In this document: positions 1 to 7,525 of the stretch, piece after piece | Layout of the letters: the number at the start of each line of letters is the position of its first letter | Numbering within the stretch: the stretch's first letter is position 1 | Assembly (NCBI GenBank): GCA_014382705.1 | Contig: JACNJE010000095.1 | Span: forward strand, 303-64,302 | Origin: Verrucomicrobiota bacterium | GTDB taxonomy: Bacteria > Verrucomicrobiota > Verrucomicrobiia > Limisphaerales > UBA1096 | Direction of reading: 5' to 3' | DNA: 64,000 bases | Position numbers and translations under genes: made by a program | The notes under the pieces: model-generated | The model's database searches: none | Seen by the model: the letters and a program-made list of their open reading frames with translations, nothing else | Told to the model about the DNA's origin: nothing

Positions 1-100
1 GAGCAAATAATGAACCCGTCCAAACTAACGAAAGCTTTGGCCCAGTTTGGGTAACTCGATCAGCTCCCTTCCTAATCAGGCCAAATTAAAAAAATAAAAT

Positions 101-1402
101 TTATGCGGCTAGCTGGTTAGTTTTTATCAAGTCCGCCGGAGGTAGAATTTCCCAATAAACTTCAGCCTCTTTTGGCGCAATTGCTCTGATGTAATGCTTC
201 CGAAGAACCTCTACTGAGTTACCCATAAGCCTCTCTAGCGCGTTTAACCCCCTCTCAGAGTGAGTAGCATACCAATTGCTTGCGTAGGTATGCCGCAACA
301 CATCCGGAGCCCAATTCCCCGGTCCCAATCCGACCTTCCCCCTTACTCTCTCAAGGGCATTCTCATGTGTCTTGATCGGCCCTTTTTTCTTTGCGCACAG
401 TTTTAACCACTCAATACCGGTTGGATGAAGCTCTGCATAATGGAATCTTGTCTTAGATTTGCGGACTTTGATTGTTAGCGATCCGTTAGGGTTGATTAAA
501 TTCCAGTCAATATCCTCCCAATACATCTTGGCAGCTTCAGACCAAGGTCTAAGGCCAGCAAACAACGAAAGTACAATCCCGGGCAAAGCGTAATCTCGGC
601 CACACAATCTACGGCGACTGGTATCGATGTCATTCCAAGCAGCGTGGAGCAACCGAGCAACATTGTCGTTTGCCAATGTTTGAACTTCACCCCGATCAAC
701 CGTGAAGGAAAGGTCATCACAAGGATTCTCAGTAATCCATTTGCGTTTAGGACTCATACACCATTTGAAAAACATTTTGAATTGTGTCAGTCGAGTTCTT
801 CGCGATTGTTGGCTTAATGGTTTGCCATCCAGTCGCCTTGCCGTTTTAAGGTAAGCCTCGACCATCTGATGTGTGACAGCATTCACTTTCCTCCAAGGCC
901 AAGCCTTCGTGAGGTATTTTTTTGTCTGCTGTGCCTCTCGTTTCCCATCCTTCGATAATGTTTTCCCTCCCTTGCCGCCATATGGTGCTATCTTCTCCTT
1001 ATAGTACTGATCGGCTGCAAGAGGCACCGTGGGTACTTGGCTCTCCTTAGCGGCTTTGGCTTTAGCCTTTTGTCCCTCCCGAGCAAGTTCAATCAACGAC
1101 TCCAAGGACAACTCTGGCAATTTAAATTCTTTACATGTTTGCTGAATCAAGCTGCTCCAAGCTTTGAAAGTAGCATAATCCTTTTCTTTAAACGCGGCTG
1201 ATTGAGAACCGAGACTCCAACAGTCACTGGCAATCTGCTCAGCCTTGTTCTTCGCCAGCGCTTTTGTCGGAAACCATTCTCTCTGTTTACCCCTCCAACC
1301 GTTTCCACGAGCATCAACAACATAGCCCGACTTGCCATGCTTCTGCTCAGCCCTAACTCTAGGCCAAGTTGCACGAATCAATTTGGAGGATTGGACTGCC
1401 AC
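101..1402 (-). CDS. tyrosine recombinase / phage-type integrase (433 aa, GTG start)
   Basis: The C-terminal catalytic region carries ...GLRPWSEA..., ...VLRHTYASNW... and ...VLRKHYIRA, the R..HxxR..Y pattern of tyrosine recombinases. The gene is AT-rich relative to the window and its start lies 235 bp from the 3' end of a tRNA gene. Confidence 0.85.
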   Translation of the reverse strand: MAVQSSKLIRATWPRVRAEQKHGKSGYVVDARGNGWRGKQREWFPTKALAKNKAEQIASDCWSLGSQSAAFKEKDYATFKAWSSLIQQTCKEFKLPELSLESLIELAREGQKAKAKAAKESQVPTVPLAADQYYKEKIAPYGGKGGKTLSKDGKREAQQTKKYLTKAWPWRKVNAVTHQMVEAYLKTARRLDGKPLSQQSRRTRLTQFKMFFKWCMSPKRKWITENPCDDLSFTVDRGEVQTLANDNVARLLHAAWNDIDTSRRRLCGRDYALPGIVLSLFAGLRPWSEAAKMYWEDIDWNLINPNGSLTIKVRKSKTRFHYAELHPTGIEWLKLCAKKKGPIKTHENALERVRGKVGLGPGNWAPDVLRHTYASNWYATHSERGLNALERLMGNSVEVLRKHYIRAIAPKEAEVYWEILPPADLIKTNQLAA

Positions 1403-1428
1403 TTCCTCCTTTCTTAGTTTGGGAATTC

Positions 1429-1635
1429 GGGGTTAAAAGTCAAGAACATTCTTTACTTAATATTATTAAGTCTATAAATATCATATTATTAAAATCTTAC
1501 TTTTAAAGGATCTCAAATACAGCAGAGCGCAGAAAGTTGGCACCAATTTGGCACCAAGATCTGAAAAGTGTGAGAAGATAGAAAAAGGCTCTGCGCGGGA
1601 ATTCACGCAAAGCCTTTAAATACGGGGGTTAAAAG
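1429..1635. repeat. 11-bp direct repeat GGGGTTAAAAG (1429-1439 and 1625-1635) bracketing the AT-rich int-tRNA spacer
   Basis: Exact 11-mer read twice. The second copy abuts the tRNA 3' CCA end (1637). Possible att-core remnant. Confidence 0.4.
1537..1557. repeat. tandem direct repeat TTGGCACCAA-T-TTGGCACCAA
   Basis: Read directly at 1537-1546 and 1548-1557. Possible recombinase or excisionase arm-type binding sites. Confidence 0.35.
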
Positions 1636-1636
1636 A

Positions 1637-1711
1637 TGGAGCCAGTGAGTGGGATTGAACCACCGACCTGCTGTTTACGAAACAGCTGCTCTACCACTGA
1701 GCTACACTGGC
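1637..1711 (-). tRNA. tRNA-Thr (anticodon CGU), 75 nt including encoded CCA
   Basis: The minus-strand sequence GCCAGTG-TA-GCTC-AGTGGTA-GAGC-A-GCTGT-TTCGTAA-ACAGC-AGGTC-GGTGG-TTCAATC-CCACT-CACTGGC-T-CCA folds as a canonical cloverleaf. The anticodon loop TTCGTAA gives anticodon CGT. Confidence 0.9.
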
Positions 1712-1717
1712 TTGTGG

Positions 1718-1731
1718 CGCTTGGCCAAGCG
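1718..1731. repeat. first copy of the highly iterated palindrome CGCTTGGCCAAGCG
   Basis: Perfect 14-mers by eye start at 1718, 4286, 7628, 10040, 11638, 14210, 17921, 19724, 20416, 22604, 25882, 26942, 30737, 32915, 36226, 41627, 45367, 47798, 50930, 56035, 59928 and 61372. Two degenerate copies follow within 90 bp of this one (1741, 1803). Confidence 0.95.
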
Positions 1732-1815
1732 GTGGTTGCCCGCTGGCCAAGCGGGCGGGGACAGTATCCGCCGACTCCAAACGGGTCAAGATTGCCCGCC
1801 AGTTGGCCAAGGCCG

Positions 1816-1902
1816 CGATTTGACTCAAAAAGAATGTTACCGAAGCGGAGGCGCGGGGCTGCTTGGGCGGCCCGGTTGACTCAAAAATGGGTGTTACCGA
1901 AG
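1816..1902 (+). repeat. two imperfect tandem copies of TTGACTCAAAAA-N4/5-GTTACCGAAG (1820-1845, 1876-1902); a 16-nt part CGATTTGACTCAAAAA recurs exactly at 2262-2277
   Basis: Read directly. The copies sit immediately upstream of the transposase fragment, and the third copy is at its truncation point. Possible IS terminal sequence. Confidence 0.6.
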
Positions 1903-1903
1903 A

Positions 1904-2269
1904 ATGAACACCGATATGAGCCAAAAGAGCCGTCAGGAACTACTGATACAGATGCGCCGGCGCTACCTCCGCGCCGGGCGAACCTACAAGGCCCGACTGC
2001 TCGACCAACTGGTCGAGCTCTTCGGCTACCATCGCAAGGCCGCCGTGCGCGCCTTGCGCCCCAAACCGCCGCCAGCCCGAGCCCCGTTCGCGCGCGGTCG
2101 GCCCAGGACGTATGACCCGGGTAAGCTGCTGCCGCCGCTCAAGGCGATCTGGCTGGCAGCGCTGCAGCCGTGTGGGGTGCGCCTCAAGGCCTGCTTGCCC
2201 GACTGGGTGCCGGCCTATGAAGAGGAGCATCGCCAGCTTGATCCCGACGTGCGCCAGGCGTCGATTTGA
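1904..2269 (+). pseudogene. N-terminal fragment (about 120 aa) of a DDE (rve-type) transposase, family uncertain
   Basis: MSQKSRQELLIQMRRRYLRAGRTYKARLLDQLVELFGYHRKAAVRALR...LKAIWLAALQPCGVRLKACLPDWVPAY resembles, from memory, the HTH N-terminus of integrase-core transposases. No catalytic domain follows. The ORF ends at the 16-nt repeat. Confidence 0.5.
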
Positions 2270-2277
2270 CTCAAAAA

Positions 2278-2852
2278 ATCAGTTTGAAACCATCCATCCG
2301 TTCTTGGATGGCAACGGGAGGATTGGGCGGCTGTTGATCCCCCTGTTTCTTTGTGATCGCGGGAGCCTCTCGCAACCGCTGCTCTATTTGTCCGGTTTCT
2401 TTGACGAAACACGGGACGACTACTACCGCCACTTGCTGGAGGTCAGCCAAACGGGACGTTGGCGGGAATGGGTTGAATGCTTTCTCCGCGGAGTACGCTT
2501 GCAGGCCAAACGCGCGTTGGAGGATACGGAACGCATTCTGGCGTGCTATGGCCAATATCAAACACGGTTGAAAGCAGGAAAACGGGTTCCGCAGGAGGCG
2601 GCCCGTGTTCTCGACCAAGTCTTCGCCAACCCCTTTCTCTCCATCGCCAAACATGCGAAGCGAGTCGGGATCACTTATCCAAGGGCCAAACGCGGAGTGG
2701 ATTTCTGGATCAACGAGGGGCTGTTGGTGGAAACCACCGGGCAACGCCGCAATCGCTTCTACGTGGCGGATGAACTTCTCCAGATCATGTCGCCCCCTTC
2801 ATCACCCGTGAACGCGACGCTTCCGGATGACAACGCGGAAGAGCAACCATGA
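2278..2852 (+). pseudogene. 5'-truncated Fic/DOC family protein (C-terminal about 190 aa)
   Basis: The Fic motif HPFLDGNGRIGR begins only about 5 codons after the junction repeat. A C-terminal winged-helix-like tail is present (RRNRFYVADELL). The whole N-terminal half of a normal Fic protein is missing. Confidence 0.75.
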
Positions 2853-2898
2853 TGATCCATGCCATTCGCCCCCAACGCCCCCGCAGGAGATATGCACC

Positions 2899-3816
2899 AT
2901 GAAAGATCAGGCCGCCTTGGAAGAATTCGTGAACGATGTCATCCAGACGGAAGGACTTGACGTGGGCATCGATGCCAAGGTGGCTCTGTTAAGTTACGCC
3001 ATGGACGAACTGCAACGCTCCCGTTCCGTCAAAAAGCCCCCGGTACGATTTGAAGAATACGTCCAATGCGAGCGGTTTGCCGACTTAGGCACACTTTGGT
3101 TCACCGCCCCAAAACATTTCGAGGATAACGGCACCGGCACGGCACCCATCCGATTGCAGGCGCCGCTACTGCTGTTTCTGCTTATTCACCATCACCAAAA
3201 ACGGCCGGTCTTCGACCTGATTGGGAGGTTCATCGACAAGGTCACCCCGAGACTGAAGCCGTTGGATTTCAAAAAGACAAAAACCGGTGTTACCCGTTGC
3301 CACACGAACACTCGATTCGCAGCCAACGTCCTCCGAAAATACGGCCTGCTCAAATATACCCAACGCGAAGCTTTCAAAACGTGGGAACTCTCCATCGCCG
3401 GTTGCCTTGCCGCCGCAAAGATCTACCAACGTTGCGTGAACGAAAGCGAATCGTGGACGATTCCATCGCACAAAAAGTGCGGCAACTTCGATCTTCAGGA
3501 AGAGATCAGGGCGGCATGGGAGGGACTTGCCGACTACGATTCGTTCGTGAAAAGGCTGGCGTCCATTTGCATACCTGACGCAAATGTGTTCAAGACATTC
3601 AAACCCACGCTCGAATACGCTTACAAACTGTTGAAGGAGTATTGGGAAAACATCAACAACCCGAGTATCACTCAAAAAGAACGACGCGGAATCAGCTGGG
3701 AGAAGATCATCCAGCTAGAGGCACAAGACGCAGACAACGAGTTTTACGAAGACTTCTCCAGTTGCATCCAAATCAACGCACTGCTCGATCAACTCTCCTC
3801 AACTCATCAAGGGTAA
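2899..3816 (+). CDS. hypothetical protein (305 aa from the ATG at 2899)
   Basis: Long ORF with an AGGAG motif 10 nt upstream of the ATG. GC is lower than the window average and it contains no palindrome copy. No domain recognised. Confidence 0.5.
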   Translation: MKDQAALEEFVNDVIQTEGLDVGIDAKVALLSYAMDELQRSRSVKKPPVRFEEYVQCERFADLGTLWFTAPKHFEDNGTGTAPIRLQAPLLLFLLIHHHQKRPVFDLIGRFIDKVTPRLKPLDFKKTKTGVTRCHTNTRFAANVLRKYGLLKYTQREAFKTWELSIAGCLAAAKIYQRCVNESESWTIPSHKKCGNFDLQEEIRAAWEGLADYDSFVKRLASICIPDANVFKTFKPTLEYAYKLLKEYWENINNPSITQKERRGISWEKIIQLEAQDADNEFYEDFSSCIQINALLDQLSSTHQG

Positions 3817-4140
3817 TACCCGTGCACCTGTTGACAAGACAAGGGTCGCAAAATCACTATCTCCTTCCGCCCAACGAATAAGGACCGCCCATTTGGTGGA
3901 TTTTGTGTGAGCGGGAATCCATTTCCATCCAACCTCCCGTCGAAAAATCGCAACCCCCTCCAGCCCTGTCCATGAGGACATTTTAAAAGAGTTTTGACAG
4001 TGAAGTCTCGCCCGGGGTTCCCGGCCGCCGGGGCGTAGCCGAGTCCGGAAAGCGGCGGTACCGCTCAGGCGGACGGGGTGAGCTACGGGATTTGTTTGGG
4101 TTGCCATCCGGCGGAAGTTGGGTATCTTCCCGCCAAACGA

Positions 4141-6246
4141 ATGGTTTGGTTGATGATGACCCCTCGTACCATACTTATTCTGGCCTGTGCCGTGATGTTT
4201 CATGGAGCAGCCGTTGGTGTGTCGTTGTCGGCCTCGCGCGTGGACGCGCTGCTGGCGACAGACAACCAGGGCGGCGGCGGGGTGGCGCTTGGCCAAGCGC
4301 TGGACGACCTGGCCTTTCTGCGCAAGGCCACCCTCGACATGGTGGGGCGGATCCCGACTCACGCGGAAATTCTGCAGTATCAGCGGTGGCCGTTGGCCAA
4401 GCGGCGGGCGATGCTGGTTGAGCGGCTGCTCAAGGATGACGGGTTCGCCGACCGCTGGACGGTGTTCTTCGCGGACCTGCTGCGCATCCGCAGCCGGGCC
4501 GAGGGTGGCAACCGGCTGCTCGCTTACGTGCACCAGTCGATCGAGTCCGGCAAGCCGTGGGATATCATGACGCGGGAATTGATCGCGTCCAGCGGCTCGG
4601 CCGGCAAGGCCCCGTCGGTCGGGTTCTTGTTGGCGGACGATTCCGACCCGATGGCGATGGCTGCCGCCACGGGGCAGATTTTCATGGGCGTGCGCATGGC
4701 CTGCGCGCAGTGCCACAACCACCCGTTCGACAAGTGGCGCCAAAAACAGTTTTACGAGCTGGCCGGTTTCTTCGGAAAAACCCGGCAGGTCGAAAGCCGG
4801 CTCAGCAATAAGACCTACGTCACCGAGGGGGAGGAAATGAAGGTGCTGTGGCCGCCGGAACGCCGCAAGCCGAAGCAGCGGTTCCCGGTGGCACCCAAGT
4901 TTCCGTTCCCGATCGATGACACTGCGGCCAAGCCGGACCACCTGAAACGACTCGAGGCGTTGCGGGCCGGGGAACTGAATGCGGACAAAAAGCAGAGGGA
5001 AACCGACGCGCTGGATGCGTTGATCGATGCCGTGGGCGCACCCGAATCGCCCGGAGCCGAGCCGGCCGGCCTCGACGTGGCCCGTGAAGCGAAGGCGGAC
5101 ATCCGCAAACTCAATGTCCAGGGCGACCTGTACCGGCGCAGCGAGTTGCGCACCGAGTTGGCCCGGATGGTGACCCATCCCCAAAACCGCTACTTCGCGC
5201 GAAACCTCGTCAACCGCGTCTGGGCAGAATTGCTGGGGCGCGGCTTTTACATGCCGATCGACGACTACCAGGGCGAGGTCACGCACCCGAAAACCGTCGA
5301 GCACCTGTGCGACGAGTTCGTCGCCAACGGCTATGATGTGCGATTCCTTTTCCGGACGATTCTGGAAACCGACGCGTACGCCCGCGCGCCGCTCGGTGCG
5401 GAGGCCGGGAACGAGGCGCGGGAGGCGTCGCAGGCGGCTTTCGCCTCCGGCATCACGCGCCGGATGGTGAGCGAGGTGCTCTACGACAGCATCGTGATCG
5501 CCGGTCACCTGCAGGATTACAAATGGCCGAAGGGCGCCAACGTGCGGGCGTTCGAGCGGCGGGTGCGCGTGCCGCTCGACCCCGATCCCGAGGCGGCGGC
5601 ACCGGCGGAAGCCGAAGCGGAGCTTGGCCAAGCGGAGATAAAAATGGCCGCCAAGCCCAAGCCGTACGACTTGGAGCAGGTCATCTCGCTGAACTTCGAC
5701 AAGTTGGCGACGTCCGATCTGGAACAGGACTTGGGCCGGATGAAGGTGATGTCGGATCAGGAACTCGAGGCCAAGCGGATGGCCGAGATGGCCCGGAAGA
5801 AAAAATCGCTCCGCCGCCGGTACACCTACAAGACCGTGACGGAGGAGGTCGACGACAACCCGCGCTTCTCCAGCTCGATGCGCATGGCCACCCCGGCCGC
5901 GCCGTCGCATTTTCTGCGCGTATTCGGGCAGCCGTCCCGCGACGGGCTGGGCGAGTTCCGCGAGCACACCCCGTCGATGCGCCAGGCGCTGATGATGCTC
6001 AACGGCAAGGCCACGCACGAGGCGTCGCGCGTCGGGCCTTACGAGCCGATCCACCGGCTGCTGACCGGCGAAGGCAAAAACTTGGCCAAGGCGGTGGAGC
6101 TGGCCTACCTCGAGACCCTGACCCGCAGGCCAAGCGCGGAGGAACAGGCCGAGGCATTGGCCGTGCTTGGCCAAGCGCCGCTGGAGGGGATGGCCGACCT
6201 GCGCTGGGTGCTGCTCAACAGCCACGAATTCCGTTACCTCCCGTAA
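4141..6246 (+). CDS. DUF1549/DUF1553 (PSD1) domain protein, secreted
   Basis: Signal peptide MMTPRTILILACAVMFHGAAVG, the CAQCHNHPFDKW motif typical of DUF1549, and a C-terminal ...LRWVLLNSHEFRYLP typical of DUF1553. The start is chosen at the Met preceding the signal peptide; the ORF opens at 4078. Confidence 0.85.
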   Translation: MVWLMMTPRTILILACAVMFHGAAVGVSLSASRVDALLATDNQGGGGVALGQALDDLAFLRKATLDMVGRIPTHAEILQYQRWPLAKRRAMLVERLLKDDGFADRWTVFFADLLRIRSRAEGGNRLLAYVHQSIESGKPWDIMTRELIASSGSAGKAPSVGFLLADDSDPMAMAAATGQIFMGVRMACAQCHNHPFDKWRQKQFYELAGFFGKTRQVESRLSNKTYVTEGEEMKVLWPPERRKPKQRFPVAPKFPFPIDDTAAKPDHLKRLEALRAGELNADKKQRETDALDALIDAVGAPESPGAEPAGLDVAREAKADIRKLNVQGDLYRRSELRTELARMVTHPQNRYFARNLVNRVWAELLGRGFYMPIDDYQGEVTHPKTVEHLCDEFVANGYDVRFLFRTILETDAYARAPLGAEAGNEAREASQAAFASGITRRMVSEVLYDSIVIAGHLQDYKWPKGANVRAFERRVRVPLDPDPEAAAPAEAEAELGQAEIKMAAKPKPYDLEQVISLNFDKLATSDLEQDLGRMKVMSDQELEAKRMAEMARKKKSLRRRYTYKTVTEEVDDNPRFSSSMRMATPAAPSHFLRVFGQPSRDGLGEFREHTPSMRQALMMLNGKATHEASRVGPYEPIHRLLTGEGKNLAKAVELAYLETLTRRPSAEEQAEALAVLGQAPLEGMADLRWVLLNSHEFRYLP

Positions 6247-6259
6247 CACCAAAACGATC

Positions 6260-7525
6260 ATGAAAGAGACAGGATGCCTTGATTATCAATTGACCCGGCG
6301 GCGCATGATGCAGGCGACCGGGGCGAGCCTTTTGGGGATGCCGGTGGCGCGCCTTCTCGCCGCGCACCACACGTCGGCCGCCGCCAAGGCCAAGCACGTC
6401 ATTCTATTCTGGAACGGCGGCGGCATGAGCCACGTCGACACGTGGGATCCCAAGCCGGGCCGTCCGGTGCAGGGTGACTTTTCCGCCATCAACACCTCCG
6501 CCGACGGCGTCCAGATCAGCAGCATCTTTCCAAACCTCGCCAAGCAGATGCACCACTGCGCGCTCGTGCGATCCATCGCCGGGACGAACGGCGCGCACGG
6601 CCGCGCGACGTACGAGCTGCAGACCAGCTACAACATGGACCCGTCGCTGATCCACCCCGGCCTCGGCTCGATGGTCGTTCACGAGAAGGAACGGCTCGGC
6701 GACCTGCCGTCGTTCATCACCATCAACGGCCAGGCGCCCAGGTCCGGCTACCTCGGCCAGCGCTGTGCCGCCTATTTCATCGGCGAGCCGGGCGAGAAGG
6801 ATCCGTACCTTGCCTTCCCCGCCGGCATCAACCAGTTGCGCGGCAACAAGCGGCTGGACCTGCTGGCCCGCATGAACACCCGCACCACCCGGCGGAGCGG
6901 CAACACCAACTTCAAGGCCACCGAGACGGCCATCAAGGAGGCGGTCGCGCTGATGAAGAGCCCGACACTGAACGTGTTCGACCTCGACAAGGAGAACCCG
7001 GACACGCTGGCCCGCTACGGCGACACCGACTTTGGGCGGGGCGCACTGCTCGCGCGCAAGCTGGTCGAGACCGGCGTGCGCTTCGTGCAGGTAAACCGCG
7101 GCGGCTTTGACACCCACTCCAACAACTTCCCGGCGATGGAAAATCACGGGCTCGAGATGGACCCGGCGCTGGCGGCGCTGATCGAGGACCTGGCCGCCAG
7201 CGGCAAACTCGACTCGACCGTCGTGCTGGTGCTCAGCGAGTTCGGGCGCACCCCGCGCATCAACAACAACGCCGGGCGCGACCACCACGCGAGCTGTTTC
7301 AGCTGCCTGATCGCCGGCGGCGGCATCCGCGGCGGCCGGGTCGTCGGCGCCTCCGACCGGGACGCGATGGAGCCGGCCGAGCGCCCGGTCAAGCCAAGCG
7401 ACCTGCACGCCACCGTCTGCCACGCGCTTGGCATCGACCACGAAAAGGAAGTCTACACCCCGCAGGATCGGCCGATGGTCCTGGTTCGCGAGGGCGCCAA
7501 GCCGGTGAAGGAACTGTTCGCCTGA
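6260..7525 (+). CDS. DUF1501 domain protein (sulfatase-fold, Tat-type signal)
   Basis: TRRRMMQATGASLLGM, VILFWNGGGMSHVDTWDPKP and SEFGRTPRINNNAGRDHH. It lies 13 nt after the PSD1 gene, the canonical PSD1-DUF1501 pairing. Confidence 0.85.
   Translation: MKETGCLDYQLTRRRMMQATGASLLGMPVARLLAAHHTSAAAKAKHVILFWNGGGMSHVDTWDPKPGRPVQGDFSAINTSADGVQISSIFPNLAKQMHHCALVRSIAGTNGAHGRATYELQTSYNMDPSLIHPGLGSMVVHEKERLGDLPSFITINGQAPRSGYLGQRCAAYFIGEPGEKDPYLAFPAGINQLRGNKRLDLLARMNTRTTRRSGNTNFKATETAIKEAVALMKSPTLNVFDLDKENPDTLARYGDTDFGRGALLARKLVETGVRFVQVNRGGFDTHSNNFPAMENHGLEMDPALAALIEDLAASGKLDSTVVLVLSEFGRTPRINNNAGRDHHASCFSCLIAGGGIRGGRVVGASDRDAMEPAERPVKPSDLHATVCHALGIDHEKEVYTPQDRPMVLVREGAKPVKELFA

Larger units (their letters stand above)
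1..1636. mobile_element. right-hand edge of an integrase-bearing integrative element inserted next to the 3' end of tRNA-Thr; the element continues beyond the left window edge
   Basis: Integrase adjacent to a tRNA 3' end, markedly lower GC than the rest of the window, and no copy of the otherwise ubiquitous CTTGGCCAAG palindrome. Confidence 0.5.

Noticed and set aside
1539-1554. Sigma-54-like match TGGCACCAATTTGGCA in the int-tRNA spacer.
   Set aside because: The -12 element reads TGGC instead of TTGC. It is simply the consequence of the tandem TTGGCACCAA repeat and points (+ strand) at no gene; the tRNA and int genes are both on the - strand.
1636-2115. Track ORFs 1636-2115(+), 1649-1879(+) and 1691-1924(-) overlapping the tRNA and the palindrome cluster.
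   Set aside because: They run through a tRNA gene and three palindrome copies, have no motifs, and are best explained as chance open frames in non-coding DNA. I also looked here for the missing 5' half of the Fic gene and found nothing Fic-like in any frame.
3817-4140. GC-rich, potentially structured 324-nt leader upstream of the first PSD1 gene (short stems such as AGCGG-CGGTA-CCGCT); possible riboswitch or sRNA.
   Set aside because: I could not identify any known riboswitch consensus or a convincing extended secondary structure by eye. It would need covariance-model scanning (Rfam) to say more.
3799-6261. Very long antisense or alternative-frame ORFs in the track. Examples: 3799-6261(-) 820 aa, 6404-7699(-), 8128-10056(-), 11026-12717(-), 12724-14787(-), 14899-16332(-), 21650-23251(-), 25611-26723(+), 27214-28560(+), 33723-35252(+), 40307-41449(-), 44174-45361(-), 47864-49048(+), 52493-53584(+), 56238-57605(+), 61779-62978(+).
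   Set aside because: These are shadow ORFs typical of high-GC DNA. They lie opposite or out of frame to genes with unmistakable family motifs (urease, Urt, PSD1, DUF1501, folD and others). They are Arg/Gly/Ala/His/Pro-rich with no recognisable motifs, and they contain the palindrome in the implausible AWPS frame.
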